A DNA stretch of 58,647 nucleotides, the filler included, from Basidioascus undulatus (taxonomy: Eukaryota): the NCBI GenBank assembly GCA_000826855.1. It is 6 parts of 6 records of this genome, joined end to end, with 100 filler letters (N's around TTAATTAATTAA, not from the genome) between each part and the next. Parts side by side here need not be neighbours in the genome. Positions count along the whole stretch, not along the records: positions 9,786 to 19,501 come from JTLS01001215.1; positions 19,602 to 29,265 come from JTLS01001216.1; 4 more parts are not named here. One strand, given 5' to 3'. The position numbers and the translations under genes were made by a program. Positions within the stretch are counted from its first letter, which is position 1. Each line of letters opens with the position of its first letter. The notes beneath the pieces were generated by a model. The model ran no database searches, was not told the origin of the DNA, and was given only the letters and a program-made list of their open reading frames with translations. Shown here piece after piece: positions 11,298 through 22,610 of this stretch.

Positions 11298-11574
11298 ATG
11301 GCAAGCCGAGGGAGGCGGTTAATACGTATTGCGGTCTTCCCCGGATCGTTCGGGTTGCACGCGTCTCAACGCGTCTTGGCGTATTTGCATCTTGACACTC
11401 TTGGCCACCCTTCGCTCTTATCTCTCTGCATATTCCCCCTCATCGAATCATGTTCAAGTGCAGAAATGGATAACTCACTTTCGGGTACGTTCGTGTATGT
11501 CGCTCGGAGAACGTCGTACATGGACTGAGCGGTGGCCGTTCGATTCTCCCATCCTCAGATTGCGACCGCCTCAC

Positions 11575-13024
11575 GCCCCTCGCCTCTGAGCTCCTCGATC
11601 AAATCGCCAGTCTTTTCCAACGGAGTCTCTCGCTGCGCTGGTGCTCACATCTCGTCGGCTGTTCGATAAGCACCTCTACTCGGCGCTCATCCCATTCCTT
11701 ATGCCCACCCTGCGGCTCTCGGACGCACTATCAGGGCTCGTCCCGAACTCGGACGTCTCCTTTCCTCGTTCACGATGCAGATACTTCGATAGACCAGAAC
11801 ACTGACGAGGCTGAGTCGCTCTTCCCACCTGTAGCGTCGCGCTTGACTCGTCTCGCTCTGCTGTTTCCTGTCAACCGTCTCACAACTTCGCGCGACTCAA
11901 TCGAGGCCTTCGCTATGCCTGTGCTTAAGATTGAGTGCAGGAAATGTGCTTGGAGCCGGCCTATCGCGGCGACTCAGACTCGGATAGCTCGGGATCGGAC
12001 GACGAATCGGACGAGTCGGACTCGGACGACGAGCTTTCGCGCCACCTTCGTTCTGTCGAAGAGTTCATTGAGGACACCCTTTTCCAGCGTTCTTCTACCC
12101 TTGTCGACGTCCGAATCAGCTTCAGCGAGCGGTCGTCGGGATTAGGGGGCTCTGCAACCTTTTCTTTCTCCTCTATCGTCCGGAGCCTGTCTGAGCGTAG
12201 GGATCCGACATGGCCTAACATCAGGCGTCTCGCCCTGGGAGGGGTCGACCTTGGCGACGGCTTCGTCATCTGGACTAAAAAAAAACACCGGCTCTCTCCC
12301 ATGTGGCCATCAGGGAATTCGATAATTCCATTGACCCGATATCGTCTACGGCGCCGTTCACGCTGCGAAGCCTTATATGCGGCTCGGTTATCAACTACGT
12401 TCCTTCCTTCCCGATGGGGAGCCGAAGTCGTTACGGCGCCTCAGTCTGACTTCCCTCGTTGACAATTACCAGATCGCCGACCCGGCTATGGCGGGTCACG
12501 TGAACGTTCTTTTCGTATCTTCTGCCGAGTTTGGCCAACTCGACTGGCCGAGCGACTGTTTCCCAAACATTCGCTCTCTCGCCCTTCTCGACGAGAACAT
12601 CCTCGAATCCAACGCGTTAGCCAGACAAAGTATCTTTACGCTCAGTTTCCTTCGACTGAAGGCGTATCTAACATATCGTTTCCTTCAACAGCAGTCGTTT
12701 CTGGACGCCTTCCAGAGCGTCTCGACCGTCGAAGTGCTCTGGATTGGCGACCTCCCTGACCTTGACCACCTCGACCGCGGCTCATCGTCCATGGGCAGAC
12801 GCCGGCGACGTAAGCCCCGAGGGCGAGCGGCGCCTCCGATCCTGAGCGGTCCTGCTCTCGAGATACATGCCAAACCTGCTGGTTCTCCGGCGACCCGGAG
12901 GGTCATATCGTATGGCGCATTGTGCCCGCCGGCGAGCGCAAGCCGTTCAGACGGTGCGAGCGACGCACGAGGATTCGGAGGCGTTCGTTGCGCGCTTGCG
13001 GTGGTGTCGGGAGGCGACGAGTAG
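11575..13024 (+). pseudogene. F-box-like/leucine-rich-repeat-like gene, apparently frameshifted
   Basis: An N-terminal ELLDQIAS...LTSRRLFDKHLY pattern is followed by LRR-like pieces in different frames (WPNIRRLALGGVDL, SLRRLSLTSL, FPNIRSLAL, VEVLWIGDL) and an acidic SD tract. Confidence 0.45.
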
Positions 13025-14128
13025 TAAATGCCTGCATGATTCTGCTCATTTGGTAATGCTGCGGTGTGCCCTTTACGGGAACAACTTCAAAGCCAGAACG
13101 CGGCTGCCTGCGTGTTTTCACCTTGTCAGTCCAAGTCAGTCACTGAGTTTGGGAGCGCGAACTTTATCTACCTTGCATTCTACCATGATAGGAGTGGTCC
13201 ACTCGTTCGCATTCCCTCTTTTGTAGCTGAATTTGCGAAGCAAGGCTGCCTTCGCGCACACCCCCAACGAACATGAACTTGACCAAATTCGTTGTCTAAC
13301 ACTTACTAAGTCTTCTTTCAAATACAAGCTTGCTTTGGCCTACGCTCGATTTCCAAGGCCTACCGACCGACAGATCTCCCTTTGCACGTCACAGCAACAC
13401 AGTACGATCATATTGCCAAGCGCTTGCTCTGATAAACGTATTGCAGCTTCCTACAGCTTGTCCTCATATCTATATCTGAAAGCCCTCTAAATTCGTTGGG
13501 AACAAACAATTCTACAAAGGTATGGTTTAATCAAGGACGGTGCCGCGTGATGTTACGCCTTTTCGTCCAAGGAAGGCGATGGCTCGTCCCCCTCATCCTC
13601 TCCGTAAGTCCCTCTCCACCTTCGAGTCCATCTTTTAGTCATAGAACGACCGTAAAGCAATCCCGATGAGCGCAGTATCTCGGCTCGGACAGCCTGTCCA
13701 CCCAAGTCCACCCCGCCAAAACAGAACGGGTCGCGCTGATGTCGCTTTCTGAGTGCCAGACATGCTCCTTGTTGCTGCAGCATCGAGTGCATATCAGTCA
13801 CACTAATAACAATTGCTATTCCACCGGGATATGACAAAACGGGTGTGTGCGAAGACGGACGGGCGAAGGACGAGAGTGCGGATGCGAGGCCGGGCGATCA
13901 TAGGAAACAATATACCGATCAAGGAAGGTCGTGACGGACAAACCAAAGAAGAAGGCGTGATGACGTAGCGATTAGGGGGAGAGGCGAGCAAGCAAAGCCC
14001 CATGCGGAAGAAAGCGTTTAGGGTGGGCTGGCGTGTGTGCGAGCGTGCGCGAGTGGCGGGAGATGCAGAGTCGTGCGTGCCGAGATTCCAGAGGGAAGAG
14101 AAAGAGGCGAGAGGAAGAAAGAAGGTCA

Positions 14129-17100
14129 TCAGAAGGCGAAGAAGACGAGTGCGGTTGCGAGGAGGAGGGCCAGCGGGTTGGCGAGCGCATGGCGCAGGGC
14201 GCCGTTCTCGGAGGAGGTCGCGCTGGGCGAGTCGGATGCGCGCTGGTAGCCGCGGATCAGGTCGGCTCTGCAGAGGCGGGAGAGGGTCAGCAGCCGGCAA
14301 GCTTGCTCACAAGGGTTGGGGGATCGCTTACCCCTTCTCAGACAGCGCGTAGAGCGGCTGCATGTGATGCGCGGCGACGGGGAGGGGGATGACTGCGCAA
14401 GGGGGGTGTCAGACCAGCTCGCAGGTGGAACGTTTTGAGCAAATGTGGGCTCACCAGACGCGTCAACGATGCGCAGAGCGTCGACGCCGTAGACCTTCAG
14501 CTGCGTGTCCACGACGCCGCCGAGCTCGCGGCTGAACAAGCGGGACATCAGCGATTTGGCCCATATTCTGACGATACGACAAGAAGCCGGTGCGTACGGA
14601 AGCATCGCGCAAGAGGAAGCGGGATGGTACTGCGACTCGACGCGGCGGCGGATGAAGTCTTCGAGGTCCTCGTCCGAGCTCACGTCTGCGCCGGGCGACG
14701 ACTCCTCGATGATGACGCTCGAGAGTGGTGCAGTGGCAGCGAGGGTGCGGATGACTGACGAGAAGAGAAGATATGGTCAGATCGGCATTAGGATGGTGTT
14801 CTGCTGCACGACTTACAGCGAAGACCTTGCCGGATGATTTCTGTGCGGCAACGGCGTTCAGTACAACTAGATCGGAGGCAGGAGACAAAGGGGAAAGAGG
14901 CGCACGGATGTCAGCGGGGTGAGTGAAGTACTCCGCCGAGAGCGTAGGCAGCTCGAAGGGGTTAGTCGAGTTGATCGCGAGGTGGCCACGGCTGAAGGGG
15001 TGTTGGAAGGCCAGCTGGAGGCCTGTAAACAGGGCACCTCATATCAGCACAACCCGTTCGAGTAGAAACAGGCATTCGCGCAACGCACCGAGGTCACCCC
15101 CGACGTTATTCAGAAGCACCTCCACAGCGCCGCCCTTCGCGCGCAGAACGTTCGCAACGTCGCTCGCGTAGGTCGAGTCGTACCTGTCCGTGAGCGCTCC
15201 GTTAGTTATGAGGGTGGGGCTTCCGAGAGCGGCACGTCGTACCCGGCCTTGACAGTGTCGTCGCCTGCAGAGGCAGCCACGGCGATACTGCGATTGGCGT
15301 CGAGCGCGTCGAGGAAGGCGTCGGTCTCATCGCCGAAGAGCGTCTGCGAGAATCAAGCCCGGTATGAGCTTCGCCCAATTTATCCCAAACTGCCGAAGCC
15401 ACGGCTTACGTAGATGTCGACTGAAAAGCAGCGAAGAATAACTTCAGCTGTCCCCAGTGCCCACAGGAGCGCGGAGGCAGATACGCACTGTAAGAAACCC
15501 CGTTGTTCGGCGCCGAGTACAAGCTCTCCACCGCCTGGCCGTTGTTGTACTTGTCGAGCTCGGCCTGGCGCAGCGCCGCGTCGGAGAAGAGGCGGCCGCC
15601 CGTCGTAGTGTTCGTGCGGAAATTGATCGAGATGGCGAGGTGGTCTGGGGTGAAGAAGACGGAGAGGGGGTGAGGAAAGTGTAGAGGGTGGAGACGCAAT
15701 AGGAGCAAGATAGTGTACCTTGAATGTGATGGCCGACGCCGGGCAGTTCGTTGATGACGGTGATGTTCTGCTCCTCGAGCACGTCGCGCGGGCCGATGCC
15801 CGAGAGCTGGAGGAGGTCTGAAATATCAGGAGCAGTATGCTTCAGCAGCTGTCTGAAATAGAGATGGAGAGAAAGGAGTCGAGCGTACGGGGCGTGCCGA
15901 TCACACCCGCGCTCAAGACGACCTCCTTGCCCGCGGTGACCTCCTGCTCGTCCTCGCCCTCTCCCGCAGAGAAGCGCACACCTGTCGCGCGCGGCGTCGG
16001 GCCGGACGTGTCGAACAGGACGCGCGTGACCTGGTGCCCAGTGAGGACGACGAGGTTGGCCCGGTCCGCGACGGGCGCGAGGTAGCCCGAGTACGCGTAC
16101 GAGCGCGTGTTTGTCGACGGATCGATCGAGGAGGGCGTGATGAACCCGCCGATGTTGTTTCCGTCTGTGGAAATGGGAGGGTGAGCTGAGCCGGCTTTGG
16201 AGGAGCTGTGTGTTGGGAAGGAAGACGCACTGAAAGGGTCGTGCTTCGGGAAGCCGAGCGCCTCGAACGTCGGGGCCCACAGCTCATTCTGCGGGTAGGT
16301 GTATGCCGGCCATGAAATTTGAATACTACGAGTAAATTGTCAGTTGACATGCAACAGGACTAGCTTGATGAAACTGGACATACGGGCCGTCGTGCCCATG
16401 CAAGCTGCTCTCGATCTCGAGGTCAAGGGCGTCCTCCGTATCATCGCTCGGCTCGCCCACTGCACATCTCGTCTCATTTTTAGCCTGTCACCTTCCTCGA
16501 ACCCCTCGAAGGAGCGGTACGCACAAGTTTCGAACCGCCGGAGGTACGGCAGCATCGCGTCCCATCCCCAGCCTTCGCGGTCGCCCACGAGGTCAGACCA
16601 AGCGTTGTGCTCCGCCTCTGTGCTCCGGGTCATATACAGCCCGTTCACGGCTGTATTTCCACCTAGTATTTTTGCCCTGTAATAACAATAAGCACCGAGT
16701 GGACGGAAACGGAAAGGTGGGACGCACCGAGGCCAGTGCAGCGAGCGGCCGTTAAGTGCTGGTTGCCCCTGGGTATGCACACCCCAGTCCTCCGCCGCCC
16801 CAGCAACAGCAATACCTTATCCAAAAGATTTAGTGGTTGTAGACAAGAGAGATGAGATGAAGATGACGGACCGTCGTAGTACGCCAACGCCGGAACATCG
16901 ATTCGCTCTCGCACATTGTCACCGTTTCCGCCCGCCTCAATGACAACCACGCGGACGTTCGAGTCCTCGCTCAGCCGGTTCGCGACGACCAGCCCGCCGA
17001 GACCGCCGCCGACAACAACATAGTCGAATGCTTGCCCTGCGCCCGCCAGCCGCCCCTGTGAGCTCGAGCTCTCTGGCCGAAATCTCCCACGCAAGATGGA

Positions 17101-17224
17101 AGAACGCACCGGCGATCTGGGAAGCGTCATCGGTGATCGCGCGCTTGTGGAACTTGGAGCGATCTGGGAGCGCCGCAGCCATGGGGAGGAGGGAGAGCGC
17201 CACTGTGGACCTTCGGAGTCGCAT
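14129..17224 (-). CDS. Secreted GMC oxidoreductase (CAZy AA3_2-like) with a probable GPI-anchor signal, multi-exon
   Basis: Signal peptide MRLRRSTVALSLLPMAAA; FAD motif FDYVVVGGGLGGLVVANRLSED; KILGGNTAVNG; LQLSGIGP; YHPASSCAML; GGVVDTQLKVYGVDALRIVDAS; AAHHMQPLYALSEK; hydrophobic C-terminus ...SENGALRHALANPLALLLATALVFFAF*. Confidence 0.93.
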
Positions 17225-18746
17225 GTTGGGAGTGGGGAGGCCGCGGAGGACAAGGGGTGCTGCTGGGGTCGGTGTCGGTGTACGGCAGGGGCGTGCAGGG
17301 CAACGAAGGGGGCTGGTCGGTGTCTCGTTCGCTGCGCTGAGGTAATCTCGCGTTCAACGACGAGCACGGTGCCTACAGAAAAGTCGGAGGATTGCGGAGG
17401 AGAAGGAGATGTAAGACCAGAGGGCAGCAGGGGGCAACGGCCCAGATTCCGCTTTCATGGTACACTGGGCACTGGCAATCTTGGGCAATCGCACGAGTCC
17501 ACGCGAGCGAAGGGGCCGTGGCCGCCGATGGACAGCCGCCTGCCCCGCCAAGCTGCACCAAGAACCGTACCAAGCTGCGCAGTAACTTACCCGATGTTAT
17601 TGATATAATTGACTGGTAGACATCGTGTGAAAGGTTCTGGGATAAACGTAATTTGTGGAGCCGAAGCGTTGCGGCGTGCCCTGAAAGAGACCAAGTGCGT
17701 CCATCGACAGCGTGTATTATACGGGGTGTATTATACGCCGGCCAGACAATATTAAGGACCGGTAACTGTTGAACTGGGTTTGAGGCCAGGCTTGCGTTCC
17801 TAACTGCCTTTGATCTCGCATCTTGTATTTTTGCTACTCCTCAGTTTAAACGCTTGAGGCCCTTCCAAAATGCCCGATATCTTTTAAGAAGTAAAGGGGT
17901 TGTTCGGATGTCGAAGGGCAGTCGGCTGCTGCGCGCAGCTTGGCGGACCGCCTCAACCAAGCAGTCATCCACGTTCTGGTTTGTGCAATACTTGCAGCTC
18001 TGCTTGTGCAACACATCTTGGTTCAATCCGTAACACCGGTTTCCGTTGTATTCCAAGCAATATAAAGATGTGGGTACCAAGACCAGGCAGACTATCCAGG
18101 ACTCGAATAGGATATTGCATTCCAATCGTGGTGTACAGTGGTGCACACGCCGAGTTCGTTTGACTGGGATTGTTTCGCTGGAGATCGGAAGTTATTACAC
18201 ATGTTCTACTCAAGGCCAGAACTGCGCAGAACGACCAAGCCGGCAGGTGTTACATGGCAGTGGCAGCGCTGTGCACCGCTGCCGAAACGCAGTCCCTGGC
18301 CAAGTGTTCAAGCCCAGTCGCCCAAACATTCCTCAGTCTATCATTCTCTCACTCTGATTTCAATGAGCACCAGTTCACAAGGACGTGCCCTGTTGATGAC
18401 AAACGCCAGATGTGAGTGCGCTTCGAAGCGCAGGAGTCGCGGACTCCCAGGTTTGTGCTGCCTCGCGGTGCGGTATTTGAGTTCTTGACTGCAACTGCGA
18501 TGTCGGATCAATAAAGAGGAAGCTGACGACTTCCGAATTTAAGTCACAATAGCGGGAGTCATGCGCTCGCTTCGAGGCATATCTGCCACGTACTATGCCC
18601 ATCCTCAAGGCAGGGTGCTGTGCCAGCAGTGTCGCTGCTTGCTGAAGAGCAGCGCTCAAACTCGCTCTCCCGCACGCGCACCGCACAGCCAGACATCCTC
18701 AACGCTTGTATTCCTCGCGTCCATGCACCTCCTCTGCCTTCCATCC

Positions 18747-19501
18747 TCAAACCAGCCTCTCCCCGGGCAGCGCCTCCCTCACCTTCTCCACCGGGCCCTT
18801 CTCCTCCTTCTTCTCCTCCTGCACCGGCTCCGACGGGGTAGTGATCCCGATCGCCTCGGCGACAGGCACGGTCGTGCCCACCGGGCTCGGTATGGGGAGC
18901 GCAGCCTGCACGCCGGGTGCGAGGTCGGGGACCTTCGCCTCCTCGAGCACCACCTGCTCCTCCCCGGCCGGACCCTCAAGCTTCTTCACGCGCAGCACGA
19001 GCTTGTCCACCTCGCCCACGAGGTCCCTCACAGCCGCCGCGCGCCGCTTGTCCTTAATCGCCCGGTGCATGTCCTCCCCGACGACCTCGCGCCACGTCTT
19101 CCCCTCGCGCTGCAAAAGCGCAGCGAGCTCGTCCTTGATCTCGCGCGGGAGGCCGACGCCCGCGTACCCGAAGGCCGTGTACAGCTGGACGAGGGACGCG
19201 CCCGCCTTGGCGAACGCGAGCGCGTCGGACGCGGAGGAGATCCCCCCGCAGCCGATGAGCGGGATGGAACCCTCCGTGGAGAGGTAGAGGGTCCGCAGGG
19301 CCGAGAGAGAGAGGGGCAGGATCGGGCGCCCGGAGAGACCACCGATTTCGAGGGCGCTGGCACCTGGGTTGGGGTGGAGGAAGGGAGAAGAGGGCGGAGC
19401 AGGAAGAGTGAGAAGGAGGAAGGGAAGGGGTGGAGGGTAGAGAAGGGAGAAGGTACGGCGTAGGGGAGAATGGGAGAATCGCAGACTAACCGGGTAAGGC
19501 G
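18747..19501 (-). CDS. URA9: Dihydroorotate dehydrogenase (quinone, class 2), 3' part
   Basis: Contains GGLSG...PLIGCGGISSASDALAFAKAGASLVQLYTAFGYAGVGLPREIKDEL, continues in frame to a stop at 18747. The 5' part is lost at the contig end. Confidence 0.9.
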
Positions 19502-19601
19502 NNNNNNNNNNNNNNNNNNNNNNNNNNNNNNNNNNNNNNNNNNNNTTAATTAATTAANNNNNNNNNNNNNNNNNNNNNNNNNNNNNNNNNNNNNNNNNNN
19601 N
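19502..19601. other. Artificial contig linker
   Basis: N44-TTAATTAATTAA-N44. Confidence 0.98.
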
Positions 19602-20032
19602 GTATAAGAGAGGAGGAAGTGGGAGGAACGACGCACCTTTGGGTTCTTAGCACCGCTGCCCCCAAACGAGAACCTCCTGAACAGTCCGCCCATCCCGCCG
19701 CCGCTCTCGCCCGCCGCGCCGCCGCCCTCTCCCCGGCTGTTCACGCGCTCGAGCTCGCCGCCGATCCCCGCGGGGCGGCCCCAGCTCCCACGGCGCTCGT
19801 GCAGGCTGGATGGAATGGAGGGGGAAACGGGGGAGGGTGCCTCCTTCGCGAAGCGGAGGGAGGAGAAGGGGGAGGTGCTGGGGAGGGCGGAGAGGACGGA
19901 GGACGAGGGCGGGTCTTGCTGGGCGGGGGGCGAGTGCGGGGACGACGTCGAGAGCGTCGAGAGGGACGAGGCGCAGCTGTGCGAGCGCTCGCGCCCGGCC
20001 GGCGGCGGCGGGATCGTCACGGGCTGGGTCAT
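19602..20032 (-). CDS. 5' part of a hypothetical Ser/Pro-rich protein
   Basis: MTQPVTIPPPP...ERRGSWG...GGLFRRFSFGG, followed by a GTGCGT donor near 19636. RRxS motifs resemble PKA sites. Confidence 0.6.
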
Positions 20033-20879
20033 GCTGGGTGCTGCGTTTGCGGGTTATGGGATGTGTGGTGGCTTCGATAGAGGGCCGCGATGTCCGGATG
20101 TTGAGGGTAGCGGGTCAAGCAGCAAGAACTGATCGCAGCCGATTCATAAATGAGTAGCCAAGTTGACCAGTGTGCTCTCTAGGGCGCAGGCGTGGACGCA
20201 CCAGGAGCAAACGCGGATCCGGATAAGATGGCGTCAGGTAGCCGGTCGCAGCTGGAATCGAATCGCGAATGTGTGCGAGTCGTCGTCGTTCGCGAGTGCT
20301 CGAGGATGGTGTGCTGTGGCTAGTGTTAGGATGATGGAGGAGCTGGATCAAGGGGTGCAGGCTGAGACGCGGTATTAGATAGGGCGGGCAGAGCTAGCGT
20401 CGCTGCAGGAAGAAGGCGAGGACGGTGTTCTGGAATCAGCACAGCCCATTCACACGCTGCGGACTGCACAGTGCTGCACGATCGCGATCACGTAGAGGCT
20501 GATCGCAGCGCACCCTTCGTGTAAGAAATTACTATTCGCGCCAGCTGCCGTGATGATCGTGGAGCGTGGAAGAGGGGGAACGAGGACAACGTGCAGCTCG
20601 CAAGGGAAGACCTCAGCAGGCCGCCGTTCGCAGCGAGCGAGCGTGGTCAGGCGGGCAGCCTCCAGGGCGTTTTGAGTCCGCGTGAAGATTCTGAGACAGC
20701 ACGCTATCTTAGCTTTCTTCGGACAAGTACCCTCGTTGACGTGCAATACCGCTGCGATAACGCGGCCCGATGCCGGAAGACGAAGGAAGGAACGTAAAGT
20801 CCACGGAGGCCGGAGCATACAGTTCAAGGTGATCAAGGAGGGTGTAGGCTGCACAAGGCTGCATGCTTTTGGGATGTAC

Positions 20880-21480
20880 ACGAATAAACCCCGTGGAAAA
20901 ATGAGCGCAGGGCTTTCAAAGAGCGTAGGAATGCCGGCCTTCTGTCCCTTGTGCTGGAGGCTCAGAGTGCACTGCAACTCAACAGAAACCGCGACATAAG
21001 CAGTACAACTTCCTCTACGTTGGCAAGGTATAGAAACCGGCTGTATTGGCTCCAAGCCCTCCCAGCAATCCTCCTATGGTATGAATCCAGACAGCAAGTG
21101 CCTGTCCATAACAACACTGTGGCACAGCGGCACTGCGCTTTATGTAGTCCTCTGCAAGATCTGTTGTTAAGATCTTTTGCCAAATGGCTTGTCATGCTGG
21201 GTGAGCACTTGTATAAATTCAAAACCCAGCTTTTTATCCAAACTGCCTGTAGAATCAAGTTTATCAAGGTGTTCCAGCCCAGAAAAAGTGAGAGACGGAG
21301 CTGTTGGGCAATCCCAATCACGCACTGCCTCCAGCTTAGCTTTTCAGACATGGGTCTGCCTTGCCAGACAGGAGCCTAATCTTTCAGCTACAAGTTTGAA
21401 ATTCCATATATGTAAGTTTGTACACATGGGGTGTCTATTCTCCCTGACACGCACTGTTTGCCATTGCAGAGACCTCACAG
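20880..21480 (-). mobile_element. Degenerate non-LTR retrotransposon (Tad/I-type LINE) ORF2 3' remnant
   Basis: The sequence TVLLWTGTCCLDSYHRRI...VEEVVLLMSRFLLSCSAL resembles the fungal LINE C-terminal pattern (QLRTGH.xLNxYLHRI...ETVxHFLLxCxAL). The region is more AT-rich and visibly CpG-poor. Confidence 0.55.
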
Positions 21481-22610
21481 GGTGATTGTGTAATCTTCCA
21501 TGAATGGGCTGTAGCAATCACATTGAATTTCTATGGAATTCTACCTTTCATTCCCTCAGGTTGAATGAACGGCTTGTACTGGACGGCCTTGGAGGTCCTG
21601 CTGCAATGCTGATCTTGCACACAGAACGCAGAACACGGTTCGCTCTGCATAGTCGTACTCCGGTGCGCCTAGTGTTTATCATCCCTCAGCCCCCTCAGGT
21701 ACTTCTCTCCCTTCAGGTTTCGCGCGGCTGTAGCGAACTCGAAAATGCGGGTGAGGACCTTGGAGGGCAGAGGAATGACCATGGTGGCCTGAACGCGGTG
21801 TTTCGGATCACTCTCCTGTTAGTGGCCCTCCCTTAAAAGTGTATGGATCCGTATGGCCATGAAACCTACCGTCCATTGGAGTATAGAGTGCTCAGAGAGG
21901 TCGAGACGTCTGCGGCCGATGAGACGATGATGACACCCTGCCCTCAGGCCTCAAAGCGCGGACGTAACGCTTGTCGCCGCGCTCGCCGCAAAAGTTCAGT
22001 GCCGCTCCACTGCACCGTCACATCTGGGTTTGGAAACATTTTGCTGGTCTAGTCTCCCCGATGCGAGCTCTGTGCCGCTCTGTATGCCTATGCTATTGAC
22101 AACAGTAAGGTCCGCTGTGCCCTACCGCTTATGAATGCTTCGACTTTATCAAGAAAGGAGAAGTCGCCCTCCGAGTTCAGATCCGAAATCTTTGAGTATT
22201 TTATACTACTGTATGTTTACATACAGTTGTACAAGAAGGCTGCCAGTATGAGCGCTTCAACCCGAACAATGCACCGTCTGTGGCCAGAGGCAACGTACAG
22301 CGAGCGGTCACGGCCAGGCAGAGCTTGCAACACGACGGGGCCCAGTACGGATTTTTTGATAAATAAAGGGACAATATGAACTTCCCGATAGCGTGAAAAT
22401 CGAAAGGCGACTGTTGGTCGACTTAGAGCAAGGGCGTGCTCAAACGCGACACTTCGCGCAGCCCAACGCAGCCGCGCGCAAAAGCAGCTTGCCTCCCACG
22501 CTTATCCACTTTTTCGTCGTTGCTGACGCGCTCATCAAGGTCCTCTTTTCGGGATCGAACCCGATCACTTCGGCTCGAAATATCTCTCGAATCCTCTCGA
22601 CTGCCTCGAC

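Noticed and set aside
13553..13837. Minus-strand ORF ending ...DEPSPSLDEKA as a gene 3' end
   Set aside because: No family motif and no linked upstream exons.
18561..19463. 300-aa plus-strand ORF, and similar long Arg/Pro/Ser-rich ORFs elsewhere
   Set aside because: These are shadow ORFs opposite GC3-rich real exons (here DHODH).
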